DNA from: the human T2T-CHM13v2.0 reference genome, Homo sapiens
Direction: 5' to 3' (one strand)
DNA: 64,000 bases
NCBI RefSeq assembly: GCF_009914755.1
Contig: NC_060929.1
Shown in pieces: positions 51,201 through 64,000 of the stretch (position 1 is its first letter; every line of letters starts with the position of its first letter). The notes beneath the pieces are model-generated. The model saw only the letters and a program-made list of their open reading frames with translations. It was not told the DNA's origin and searched no databases. The translations under genes were made by a program, and so were the position numbers.

Positions 51201-52059
51201 CATTTATTTTATGGTGTTTATATATGGATGTACTTTTATTAGTTTTTAAGACTATATATTTTTAAGCTTAAAAAATATTTTTATATTCCCTCTATGTGTT
51301 TGGAGCAGTTAAGGGAGTTGAAATGCTCAGGGGATGAAATAATGAGTTTATTGTTTTTGCTTGGTTGGATGCCGTTGCATATAAAATACTCCACATAAAT
51401 ATTTGCTAAACTAATTGGTGCTAAGTTGCACTTAATATCCAACATTATAGTGGTATTCTACTGAGTTATTTTTTTCTTCTTACTTTCAGCTTTATGTAGT
51501 ATATCAAACAAAAATTAATGTCTTTATTAGGGTAACAAAAATTAATTTGGGGGGATAACCTTCAGGCATCTTTCAGGAGATAAGACCATTTGATGGCATC
51601 TTCAGAACTGAGCTATGCACATTTCTTTACCAGCCTTGTTATTTTGTTTACATATTTCCCTGTAGCAAATATAAATATTAGAGATTACATTTTATGCTAT
51701 TACCTTGGAAATATCAACTTTCTACTATTTTCAACTGTATCAGTAGCAACTCTTGTCTCCTGATGGTAGGCAAGGTAAAACTATCTTTAGACTATGTGGA
51801 CAAACTCTTATTTGAACTGAGTTTTATTCTTTGATCAATCAACAGATTGATGTCTCTCAATGTCAAAAGTCTCACAAAACTTCAAAGACATATAGCACCG
51901 AGTTTGATCTTAAAAATACAAAATAAAAGGTTTTTTAATCTTAGGAATAAGTCCTGTTTTTTATCTTATATACTAGTGAATTAAAAATATTATGAGAGCA
52001 TGCCTATAGGCCATCCAAATTAAAAAATGAAATTGAAATTAATTAAAAAGTAAAAAGCT

Positions 52060-52995
52060 CTTTTAGGAGAATGCTAACTCATAAATGTTACAAGGTAGAA
52101 AAATAATTTTGTAACCATAATAGTAATGTAAGAAATACCAGACAAGAAACATCAATGGATATTACACTTAGTGGGTAAACGTTTAATGGGAAACAGGCTA
52201 TTTAGAGTGTGTCAAAATATTTTCTTACAAATTAGTTAATTACTAAGGGAATATAGAGTAACTTTATGATGGGGAAATCTATTAGACACCCCCTTAACCA
52301 GGTGGCGAAAATTTAAATCACCAATAAAAGAACAAATGAATGTCATCCCTGATATGATACACTGAGAAGGACACATTGTTTCTGTGCTATTCTTGCTGAC
52401 GTTACATAACCTGCAACTAATCATGAGGAAAAATTAAACTCAAGCTGAGTTTCATTCTACAAACTATTCCCTGTATTCTGTAAAAAATGTCAAGATTAAG
52501 AACCACGAAGAAAGGTTGAGAAACAAGTCCAAACAAATGAGACAAAGGTGACATGACAATCAATTGCAGTGTGTGATCCTGGACTGAATCCTGAACCTGG
52601 AGGAAAAATAACTATTAAATAATTTGAAGACAATTGAAAAAAACTTAGTATGACTGTGAATTATAAGATAGCATTATATCAATTTTAATTTCCTGATTTT
52701 AATCAGTGTTCTGTGTTTATATAAGATAATCTTATTGGTCTGAGGAATACACTGGGGTGTTAAGGGGAAAAAGGTATGATGTCTGAAATTTACAACAGTT
52801 TAGTAAAAATGTATAAGTAAGTGTGTGTGTGTGTGTGTGTATGTGTGTGTAGATGGAAAGGAAATGAATGATAAAGTAAATGAGGCAATATGTAAACATT
52901 TGTGAATCTGGGAAAAGGGTATATGGATGCTCTCTATAGTAATCTCACAACTTTTCCTATGCTTGAAATTGTATTAAAGCAATATGTTACCTCAA
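52060..52995 (+). mobile_element. L1MC3/4-type 3'UTR
   Basis: cttaaccagg, cctgatatgatacactgagaaggacaca, aatcatgaggaa, gtgtgatcctggactgaatcctg. Confidence 0.85.
52821..52850. repeat. (TG)n microsatellite
   Basis: Directly visible. Confidence 0.95.
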
Positions 52996-53138
52996 AAATA
53001 TTTGCATTAAGATGCTAAACATTTATTCAAAAAATACTGCAAAGAAATTAATACTTTTGCTTAAATCAATTTTGGGACACTAAAAATATTGCCTTTAAGT
53101 ATAATTTGCCACTTCAAACACACACACATATACTACTA

Positions 53139-56030
53139 TAGGCATATTTCATTTTCTCGTGCTTTGCTTTATTGAATTGCACAGATATTGCATTTTTCTT
53201 TTTTTTTTTTTTACAAATTAAAGTTTTGTGGCAACTTTATATCGAGCAAATCTATTGGTATCATTTTCCAACAGCATGTGCGCACTCGGTGTCTCTGTGT
53301 CACATTTAGTAATTCCCACAATATTTAAAACATTTTCATTATCATATCTGATATGGTGAGCTGTGATTAGTGATCTTTGATGTAACTATTGTAATTGTTT
53401 TGGGGTGTCACATACTCTGTCTATAGAAGATGGCAAACTCAGATACACATTGTACGTGTTCTGACTGCTCAACTGACCAGTTTTTCCCCCATCTCTCCCC
53501 CTCTGCTGGGGCTTCCCTATTCCCTGAGGCATAACGATATTTAAATTAGGCCTATTAATAATCCCACAATGGCCTTTAAGTGTTTAAATGAAAGGAAGAG
53601 TCACATGTCTCTCCCTTTCAATCGAAATCTAGAAATGATTAGGCTTAGTAAGAAAGACATATGAAAACTGCAATAGGCCAAAAGCTAGGTCTCTAGTACC
53701 AAATAGTCAAGCTGTGAATGCAAAAAAAAGAATCGTTATTAAAGGAAATTAAAAGTGCTACTCTAGTGAGCACATGAATGATTAAAAAAAAAAGTAAAAC
53801 AATTTAATTGCTGATATGGAGAAAGTTTTCATGGTCTGGATAGAGGATGAAGCCAAAGCCTAATCCAGAGCAAGGCCCTGACTCTCTTCAGTTCTATGAA
53901 GACTGAGAGAGGTAAAGAAGCTGCAGAAGAAAAGTTGCAATCCAGCAGCGGTTGGTCCATGAAGCTTAAGGAAATAAGTTGTTCCTATATCATAACAGTG
54001 CAAGGTGAAGCGGCAAGTGCTAATGTAGAAACTGCAGCAAGTTATCCAAAGGATATAGCTAAGATAATTGATGAAGGTGGCTACACTAAACAAACAACAT
54101 ATGTTCAATGTGGATGAAAAGGTTTTTTATTGGAAGAAGATTTCATCTTGGACTTTCATAGCTGGAAAGAAGTCAATGCTTGGCTTCAAAGTTTCAAAGG
54201 ACAGGCTGACCATCTTAGGGGATAATGCAGCCAATGAATGTAACTAGAAGCCAATGCTCATTGACCATTCCAAAAGTTCTAGGGCCCTTGAGAATTATGC
54301 TAAATCTACTTTGCCTATGCTCTAAATATAGTTTAACAAAGCCTAAATGACAGCACATGTTTTTACAGCATGGTTTGCTGAATATTTTAAGCATATTTTA
54401 GGAACTACTGTTCCTAAAAAAAAATGTATTTCAAAATGTTATTGCCCATTGACAATGCACCTAGTTATCCAAAAGCTCTGGTGGAGATGTACAAGGAGAT
54501 TAATGTTGGTTTCATGTCTTTTAACACAATATCCATTCCAGAGCCCATGAATCAAGGAGCAATTTTGACTTTCAAATCTTCTAATTTAAGAAATACATTT
54601 TGTAAGACTGTAGCTGCCAAAGATAGTGATTCTTATAATGGATATGAGCAAGGTAAATTGAAACCATTCTAAAAGGATTCACCATTCTTGATGTCATTAA
54701 GAACATTCATGATTTATGGGAGGAGGTCAAAACATCAACATCAATAGTTTGGAAGAAGTTGATTCCAGCCTTTACGGATAACTTTGAGGAGTTCAAGACT
54801 ACTGTGATGGTTAATATTGAGTGTCAACTTTGATTGGATTGAAGGATGCAAAGTACTGTTCCTGAGTGTGTCTATGAAGGTGCTGCCAATGGAGATTAAT
54901 ATTCGAGTTAGTGGACTGGAAAAGGCAGACCCCCCTCAATCTGGGTGGGCACCATCTAATCAGCTGCCAGCGCAGCTAGGATAAAAGCAGGCAGAGGAAC
55001 ATGGAAAGACAAGACTGGCTTAGTCTTCCAGCCTCCTCCTTTCTCCCGTGCTGGATGCTTCCTGCCCTCGAACATCAGACTCCAAGTTCTTCAACTCTGG
55101 GACTCTTGGACCTTTGGCCACAGACTGAAGGCTGCACTGCTGGCTTCCCTACTTTTGAGGTTTGGGGACTTTGACTGGCTTCCTTGCTCCTCAGCTTGCA
55201 GACAGCCTATTGTGGGACTTCATCTTGTGATAATATGAGTCAATACTCCTGAATAAACTCCCCTTTATATATACATCTATCCTATTAGTTCTGTCCCTCT
55301 AGGGTACCCTAATACAATTACAGTGACGAAAACAACCATAGAGGTGGTGGAAATAGCAGAATTAAAATTAGAAGTGGAGTCTAAAGATGTGACAATTGCG
55401 GCAAACTCATGATCAAATTTGAACATATGTGGAGTTGCTTCTTATGGATGAGCAAAAGAAATGGTTTCTTGAGATGGATTCTACTCCTGGTAAAGATGCT
55501 GTGAACATTGTTGAAATGCAAAAACGGATTTAAATATCAAATAAACTTAGCTGATAAAGCTGTATCAGGGTTTGAGAGGATTGACTCCATTTTTGAAAAA
55601 AAGTTCTACCATGGGTCAAATGCTATCCAACAGTATTTCAGGTTACAGAGAAATCTTTCATTGTGGCGACTTTATTGTTGTCTTATTTTAAGAAATTGCC
55701 ACAGCCACCCAAATCTTCAACAACCACAACCCTGATCAGTCAGCAGCCATCAACATCAAGGCAAGGCACTCCACCAGCAAAAAGAAAGACGGTGACTCAC
55801 TGAAAGCTCAGATGATTGTTAGCATTTTTTAACAACTAAATATCTTCAAATTAAGGTATGTGCATTTTTGAGACATAATGTTATTGCATGCTTCATAGAC
55901 TACAGTATAGTTTAAACATAACTTTTATATGCACTGGGGAATAACAGAATTGTGTAACTCACTTTATTGTGATATTCTCTTTATTGCAGTAGTCTAGAAT
56001 CCAACTTGCAATATCTCTGAGTTATGCTTA
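53139..56030 (+). mobile_element. Tigger1 DNA transposon, near full length, transposase inactivated; contains an MLT2A insertion
   Basis: Degenerate TIRs (taggcata... / ...atatctctgagttatgctta) with TA flanks; transposase remnants [10 protein letters not shown]...GW and KMLLPIDNAPSYP...PMNQG. Confidence 0.95.
54803..55316 (+). mobile_element. MLT2A1/MLT2A2 solo LTR nested in Tigger1
   Basis: tgtgatggttaatattgagtgtcaac ... ccctaataca; TSD actac/attac. Confidence 0.95.
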
Positions 56031-56049
56031 TATACATATCATATTTAGA

Positions 56050-56810
56050 TGTTTATTAGATATTCTAAACTTTATATGCTTCAAACCCTAAATATATTAT
56101 TCTTAATCATTTAATTCCGGCTTTTCTTCTTTTCTCATTCAAAACCATTCCACCTGATTTTAGTTAAATGGTACAATTCTCTCTATTGCTGAGTCTAAAA
56201 ACATGAGTCTTACTCCTAAGGCCTCTTTTGCCCACCTTTTTGACATATCCAATTTATTGGCAAATATGGTTAGTTCTACCTTCAAAACAGTCTTCTCTAA
56301 TTTCACTTCTCCTGCCCTACTCCACACCCTCCATTGCATCTCACCTGCCCTACATAAGACCACCCACCTGATTTCCCTGTATTTCATCTTTATTCTGTGT
56401 TCTCCAGTCACACTGGCCTTATTTCTACCCCTTACACAGGCCAGGCTGAATACTTTTCACCTGGAGGCCTTTGTGCCTCCTATTTGAAATACTCATCTTC
56501 CAGGTATTCACATGGCTGTCTCATTTTATCATATGGGTCTTAGCTCAAATGCTACCTCCTCTGAGAGGCCTTTCCTGACCATCCTATATAAAGAAGTCAT
56601 AATCTAATTTTTCATACCATTACTTGAACTTCTTTCATAGCAGTTCTCACACACCGAAGTTACACATTTGTTGTCCCCATTCAAGAACTATAAGAGGAAG
56701 GAATATAGTTCCTTATATAGACACCTATAAGAGGTGTCTGTTCTTTATCAGCAGAACGCAGTGGCTGAAAAATTGTAGATATTTAATATTTATCAAATGA
56801 GTGAAAAATG
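56050..56810 (+). mobile_element. L2 3' portion
   Basis: tctccagtcacactggcct, catggctg..tca, gctcaaatg..acctcctctgagaggcctttcctgacca. Confidence 0.8.
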
Positions 56811-57335
56811 AACAAAAGCTACAAAATAAAGTCTTGTATTGTTTCTACTAGACAATAGCATCTTACTATTCATTTCTTGAGTCAATGAATGAAGACACTG
56901 GGGAAGGCAGAACAAGGGAAAAAGCTTCAAATCTGGAATTGCCATCATAGGCCAGAGTAAGTCTAGAATCTAGACTTATGAATGCTTCCAGTTTGTTCAA
57001 AATGCCACTAATTGGTAGCTGGTTGCAATTGGAAGAATGCCATAAATGTAAATGGACACCTAGGTGTCCAGCCCTGCTAGCATATGGTGTGACTTTTAAG
57101 CTCAAATTTATTCAGGTGTATCACAAAGAATCAGTCAGAGAATTTTAAAATGTCATCTTTATATAACGAGGGAAATTTGACACCACTAAGTTTATGGGAA
57201 AAGCTGTTCCATGTAACAACTAAGTGGAGAGCATTACATTTTGAACAAAAGAGATAACTAGGATAATACGAATCACCATAGCATTTGGAAAGACCTGGGA
57301 GTTAAACTCATATATACCATAAATCTATGATCTAG

Positions 57336-57381
57336 CTATCAATCTATGTATCTATCTGTGTATCTATCTATCTATCTATCA
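57336..57381. repeat. (TATC)n microsatellite, imperfect
   Basis: Directly visible. Confidence 0.9.
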
Positions 57382-59144
57382 TGAACCTACTCTAAAATTT
57401 CATGCTATAGTTCACTAAACTGCATACATTTCTAAGAACCTTGAGACAGTAAATAAGAAGTGGAGAATACTAATGCCCATCATGGTAATGCTTACACAGG
57501 AAGCCAGCCAAAGCTAAGGACTGGCTTCCTTAAGGCAGTACATCCTTATAAACAGACACTTTTCTCAAAGAAAGCTGAGATGGTCTAACAAATCGACAAA
57601 GGATAGCACTACCAAATGATCTTCAATGTAGGTGTAGAGTGAAAAGCTGTCTTTACTTTCTGCATTAGCACACTGTCAATGAATATTCAGATAGACAAAG
57701 ACAGGGAAAACCAGGTTGAGAAGATTAGACTGTTTAGAAAGCTGTCTTGGCAAAATATTATATCTGTGAGGTATCCTCCAGAGCTGAGGCTATGTCCAGC
57801 TTTCTGTTTGTCACTGGGAAGTTTACCTGACAAAACTGTCATGTTCAACTTCTTAAGCCATTCCATCAATGTCATCTCTGATTGGTGGTTAACATCTTAT
57901 GAAAAGGCAGCCTCTATAAAAGGGTAGCCTAGAGCTCAGTCACCTTACCAGCCCTGAACTCAGGCTGCATAATATTTTAGTTGGGTCAGGTTTCATTATA
58001 TGGGTGTGAAAGTACCACAGCATTATTTTCTTTTCTTCTTTGTGTATATGTTTATTTGATAAAAATTTTGATTTTCATTGCCTATTTAGACTCAATATTT
58101 TGGTATATAAATAGACATTTAAAGTTTGCTTTAGAAATTTGACAATTCCAAAAATCTAACACATATAGACAACTAATCTAGAAATTTGAACTAAATAAAT
58201 GTGTCCAATGATATATCCTCAAATTCATTTATCATTGCTTTGTTGATAAAAGTAAAAAATTGGGTGTTACTAATGGCCAATAATAGAGAATTGGTAAAAT
58301 GAGTTATTGCTCCTACATGGAATATGCTACTCACCACTCCCAATTGGTTAGAAAAATATGAGTTCATTTATTAAGTTAGTTCTCCAATATTTATTGGGTA
58401 TCTACCATGCATGAGCTTCTTTCTGCTCTAGTAATGGAATATGGCAATAAACAAGACAGAAAATCTCCACTCTCATAATACATTCATTCTAGATACATTT
58501 AATGAGTTGAAAAAAATGATCTTTCATGAGCAACTGAAAATAGCAGATTAAAAATATATATACAAAATAATATTGATTATGTAAATTAGAAATCTATCTA
58601 CTAATTGAATATAGCTGTTTGGATAGAAAGGCATTTATGGAGAGATTGGATTGTTTGAGAAAAGCTAATCACAACTTTGAAAAATTCCCAAAATATTACC
58701 TTAGTACTGCTAAGGCAAAAGAAAGTGATATCACCACAGAAAAGTAGATCACTTTCTAATGTAGATTCACATAAACCAAATTTTTGAAAATACATACACA
58801 AAAACAGAATACCAAGATAATGAATTACAAAGAGAACTAATTTAAAAGCATAATCTCTCTCTATAGGCAATTCCATGGAGGAAATTATTTTTTTAAAAGT
58901 TTGCATATTTGGCAAAAAATCAGAGAATTAGGTATACAGAAGTTGGTTTCTCCAGTATCCACTTTTCTATGCTTCCTCTACCTAGTCATCTCCTAATTGT
59001 GAACATTTTGTTTTCCATGAGTTTATTTACTCAACAGAGTTAAGTAACTTTATTGCACAGGGACTTTTTGGTATTTATAATCTGTCCCCATATCCATTAA
59101 AGTATATTTAGTTCTAGATTTTAAGGTTCATAGGACAAGCATAG

Positions 59145-59389
<245 letters not shown>

Positions 59390-59426
59390 AAGCACAATAC
59401 CTTAATGTTGCTTGAACTATAGTATT

Positions 59427-59446
59427 TGTGTGTGTGTGTGTGTGTG
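59427..59446. repeat. (TG)n microsatellite
   Basis: Directly visible. Confidence 0.9.
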
Positions 59447-59499
59447 GTGTATGCTGGATAAGCCACCTCCAAAAAATAGATCTGGAAGGAGCACACTAA

Positions 59500-61285
59500 A
59501 ATATTACAATGATTATCATTATCTAAGGTTGATAGAAAAAGGGATCATTGATGGCATTTCTTTTACTCAATATTTTATGAAATATATATATTATGGTTAT
59601 AATCAGAAAAAAAATTTAAAGAAGATGGACGGCAGACCAATATGTCTACCAATAAAGTTGGAAAAATATGCTTACATAATTCATCTGGCTAAAGACATCA
59701 TTGTGATGCTGAAATCATGAAGACTGGATAAAAAAGGTTTTCAAAGGAACAGAACCATAGAGAGGTAGGCTAACCCTCCCCTAGGATACTTTTCTCCATT
59801 TAATTTGTCAGTTCTGCCTGCAGAATATGTGACTAAAAATCTAGGCTTTTCCCAGGTAGGAGCCTCCTGGTAGAGAACAGAGAAATTAGGAGAGATGGTG
59901 GTGTTCTAAGGCTGATGAGATAAAACTGAATAACGGATGAGTTTCAAAATTCAGCCAGTTTTTCTTTGAAGAGTTCTTTCAAATTCTAAAGCTTATGCAG
60001 TTGGGCAGCTAATACACTAACAGAAAGCCACTAAGAATAAAAACTGCATTTGCAGAATAGCTTCAAAACTATGAAAGCCATCATATCCAGAACTCATGAA
60101 ATATTTCAAAAAGCTTTGCAAACAAAAGATACAACAAATACATAAAAATTTACGCCTATATACATCATATTAAGACTACTGAAAGTGAAAGATAAAAATA
60201 TTCAAATAATATTTCTATTAGTTTGCTAGGACTGCCATTAAAAAGTACCACAAATTGGGTAGATTCAAAAATAAATAAAAATATATTTTCACACAGTTCT
60301 GGAAGCTAGAATTCCATGATCAATGTGTCCACATGGCTCCTTCTGTGAGCTATAAGAGAGAAACACATCCCAAGGTTCTTCTATCCAAGATTCTAGTCTA
60401 GCAGGGTTCTTTTGTTGTTTGTTTTGGGAATCTTCTATACTCTTTGGCTTTGGGTGCATCACCCTGATATGTGGATTTACCTTTACATGACATTCTTCCT
60501 GTGTGCATATTTGTGGCCAATCCCCACTTTTTATAAGGACACCAGTCATATGGGAATAGGGGCCCATTCCAATTCAGCATAATTTCAGGGGAACACAATT
60601 CAACCCACAACAAGGGATATTCATTGGAAGAAAAAAAAAGATAGATACATTACTTTACTTTAAAATAAAAAAAAGATATATTACAGCTAACTTCTCAACA
60701 GGAATAATGGAACCCAGAATACAATGAAATAACATCTTTTAAATTTTGAAAGAAAATAATCACCAATCCAAAATTATCTTCCCAGTGAAAATAAATAAAT
60801 ATATTTCATATAAGAGCATAAAATAATGTTTTTTTAACATAAAAAGTTTAAAGAATTTATTACTAGCAGACCTTGATTAAACGCTTAAAAACATTACATG
60901 AAAATTTTGAAACTATTTTAAACTGAGAGTATAGACATACTACTATAAAATGATGAACTAAGGTTGTTAGAGGGAAATTTATAGCCCTAAATAAAAGCTT
61001 GCCTTAAATAAATTTATAACTTTAAATATCAATGTAAAAGGAAAGGCTAATAATTATATTTCTTATAAACAGGGATGTGATAATGTTAAATGAAACATTG
61101 GAAATTCTATTCGAATGATATATAAAAACCACAATATGTCATGATTATATAAGTATAACCCCAGGAAAGCAAGGTTAATTTGTGATGAAAAATTTACCAG
61201 TTTAATAAAATTATATAATCATCTTAATAGATGAATGAACATATTTGCTCAAATCCCAGATCCTTTCATAATAATAAAAAAATCT
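59500..61285 (+). mobile_element. Fragmentary old L1M (5'/ORF1/ORF2 pieces), split by an MLT1 LTR
   Basis: cagctaacttctcaacaggaataatggaa, aaagaatttattactagcagacct, ttagagggaaatttatagc. Confidence 0.55.
60214..60612 (-). mobile_element. MLT1B/C LTR
   Basis: attagtttgctaggactgcc..aaagtaccacaaa; ttataaggacaccagtcata; ends acacaattcaacccacaaca. Confidence 0.88.
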
Positions 61286-61288
61286 TAG

Positions 61289-64000
61289 GAATAATGTCAG
61301 TAAGATGGCTGTCTAGAAGCCCTTAGTTCTTGTAACTACCACAAAGTCAGCAGAAACAATTAACAACTATATTTGGATAAAAATAACTAAAGGAGAGTAC
61401 TGGAATATGTCAAAGGAGTACCAGAAACCATGTAGAGCACAAAAACTCTAGAAACATAGAGAACAAAAGAAAATACCTGGCCTTCACTAATTCATCCCTA
61501 AACCAGAATAAGCTTGAAACCAGGAGGAACTTCTCTCTGTGGGGAAAAAGTAAGCAATAGGATCCCAGCAGCCCCAATCAACATTTTGGAACCTAAAGTT
61601 CTCACCACTGGGGTCTTCAGCAATCCTCATGAGAATGAAGTCCAGCTAAGGGAGCTGTCTGGAGTCCATACATTTGTGCTTCCCCCATAGAAACAAACAG
61701 CCAATACTGTGCCCCTCGCTCAGTGGCCTGCAGAGCTTTTACACCATACCATTTTGGAACTGGAACTATGGCTGGCATGTGTCTTGCTACAGATTGAGTA
61801 GCCATGGAAATCTCCCATCCCTGAGGCTTAGCAGCCACTAAATCATGCTTGTCTGGTAGTCCAGTATCTCTGAGCTGGGCTGTGAACTGCTGTTATACCC
61901 TACCAAATGCGGCCAAGCACCCCTGAAGCCATGCCACCTACTCATGCCAGTCATGGCTGTGCCCTGCCTCCTCAGAGACCAAGCTGAAGTTACACATTCC
62001 TCCTGGGGAAATGGTGCCTTGGTGAAGCCACCCTATCTACCCCTCTCCAAGCCACTGCTGCACTCTGAACCATGGAACCTGAGCTAAAGCTGTGCATTCC
62101 CTCCTAGGGAAATGGTGCCTTGGTGGAGCTGATTGATATATCCCTCCTAGTTGCTGCTGCACCCTGTTCCCGTGTCAGCACTGAGGTGATGCTCTGTATC
62201 CAGGGGAAACAGTGCCTTAGCCACCCAGAGCTGTCAATCCCCTCAGCCTGAGCTGAAATGACACATTGCCTTCCAGGGAATCAGTGCGTTGGCTAAGCGG
62301 AGCAGCTATGTACACCACGATTGCACTGATAGAGCATTCTATGTCCCAGGGGAAAAAATGTAGTGGCTGAGCTGAGACACCCTGCCTTACAGTCCATAAA
62401 ACTCTAACACTCTGCTTCCCTGAAGTTGGAATAGTCCCCTAAAATTTGAGCTGCTGGACATTTTCTTTGCCAAAGAGTGGAGTCATTACTGTGATGCTCC
62501 CTGCCCCCCCGGAACCCCAGCAACAGCCATACTCTACCATGTTGGAGTTCGTACTCCTGCTGCATCTGGCTTCACAGAGTTTGGGATACTGCCAAGTCTA
62601 ACTATCCCAGGGTCCAGAGTCACTGCTACACAGTGCCTCATCCCCTGAGACCTGAGTTTCTAATGAACCTTGTTGGTTCTGTTTCATGCAGTGCAGCTGT
62701 ACCGTGCTCCCTGGACCCAAACATCTAGAAAACCTTCTCTTCCCCAGGGACGGGCCTGTGCTGTGCCCTGCCCGTAGGGTCAGAGTTATAGCTACAACCT
62801 TGTTCCCTGGGCACAAGCGCTAGAAGATGCCTCACAGTCACAGACCATGGTTCTGTGAGGAATCCACATTCTACCCGACCACAGAGAATGAACTTGTATG
62901 TAAAAGCCCAGGTGCCACAAAAAGTTCACAAGACACTGACCTGGAACCCCTGCTTCATAGCCACTGTAAACATCTGTGCCCTGGAACCCAGCATGCTGCA
63001 GCTGCTTAGGAACCAAGTCAGACACAGCACCAAGGGAAATTTCCTTGGCTTAGTCTCCCCATTGTGGGAAATAAAAAAATAAGAGGACGATATAAACTCT
63101 TGCCACTGAGGACCCTAATAACTTGTGCTGCCACCATCACTCCTACAAACTCCTACAGCATAGGCCACTGAGGTACCCAGTTATTGCTGATGTTGATTGC
63201 AACTTAGAACCAGAGTCAGCACACCCTTCCTAACCAGGACATTAAGACCCATTTTCAGGTGAAAGTATTTCTCTATGAAAGCCACTTTCTAAAGTTTAGA
63301 AGTGGTGATTGTTACACCAGATGCACAGACATCAACACAGAGACACAAAAAAGCAATGAAAAATCAAGAAAATCTGACACCACCAAAGGAGCACAATAGT
63401 AGTCCAGTAACAGGTCCCAAAGAATTGAAAATCTACAAATTGCCAGAAAAGAAATTCAAAATAATGACCTTAAGGAAACTCAGTGAGATACAAGATAATA
63501 CAGATAGACAATTTGGTTAAACCAGGAAAACTATTCATGATCTAAATGATAACCTTACCAAAGAGATAGACATCATTAAAAACAACCACACAGAAATATT
63601 GGAGTTGAAGAATTCAATGAATAAAATAAAAAAGTACAATAGAGAGCTTCAAAAAATACAGTTGAGACTAAATAAAGCAAAAGAAAGAATCTCTGAACTT
63701 GAAGACTGGTCATTTGAAATTACCAAGTCAGAAGAAAGAAAAACATAAGAATGAAAAACAGTGAAGACAGTATACAAGACTTATGGGACAGCATTAAATG
63801 AACAAACATTTGTATTATGGGAATTCCAGAAGGAAAAGAGAGAAAGATGCAGACAGAAAACTTACTTAATAAAATAATTGGTGAAAACTTCCCAAGTGTT
63901 TGAAGAGATATGGAAATCCAGATAGATGAAGCTCAAAGGTCCCCAAGCAGATTAAAACCAAAGAGGACTTCACTTAGAGACATTAATTAAACCCTCAAAA
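61289..64000 (+). mobile_element. L1M2/L1M3 (L1MA-type) 5'UTR plus ORF1, running off the window end
   Basis: aagatggc start motif (61302); ~2 kb GC-richer 5'UTR; ORF1 remnant MKNQENLTPPKEHN.SPVT.PKE..IY.LPEK.FKI..LRKLSEIQDNTDRQF. Confidence 0.9.

Noticed and set aside
53896-54672. Transposase-like ORFs as a domesticated TIGD-type gene
   Set aside because: Multiple stops and frameshifts plus an LTR insertion indicate a neutrally decayed Tigger1.
61960-62400. Spaced repeats as a CRISPR-like array
   Set aside because: Degenerate, the spacers are related to each other, it is inside an L1 5'UTR in primate DNA, and there are no cas genes.

Overview
AT-rich, repeat-dominated primate DNA. AluY, AluS, FAM, MSTA, MLT2A and Tigger1 point to a catarrhine genome, most likely human. 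It looks intergenic or deep-intronic: I cannot support any intact protein-coding gene, functional RNA gene, CRISPR array or prokaryote-type system. The recognisable ORFs in the track are Alu, L1 or Tigger1 read-throughs, and the rest look like chance ORFs. Most of the window is layered decayed transposable elements: L1 (L1M/L1MA/L1PA16-like), L2, MIR, MaLR/ERVL/ERV1 solo LTRs, MER20, MER102 and a near full-length Tigger1. Subfamily names come from recalled consensus sequences and are approximate, as are the boundaries of old elements. I found no convincing new biological system. The most notable structures are: (1) a ~500 bp multi-donor templated insertion at 26115-26614 that creates a ~400 bp inverted repeat inside one L1; (2) an L1 whose 3' half is replaced by an antisense L1 of another subfamily starting at the same ORF2 coordinate (27780-29868); (3) a tailless 5S rRNA 5'-fragment retrocopy with a 17 bp TSD (414-454); (4) an MLT2A LTR carrying a perfect DUX4 motif; (5) repeated short snap-back hairpin or direct-inverted-direct scars.
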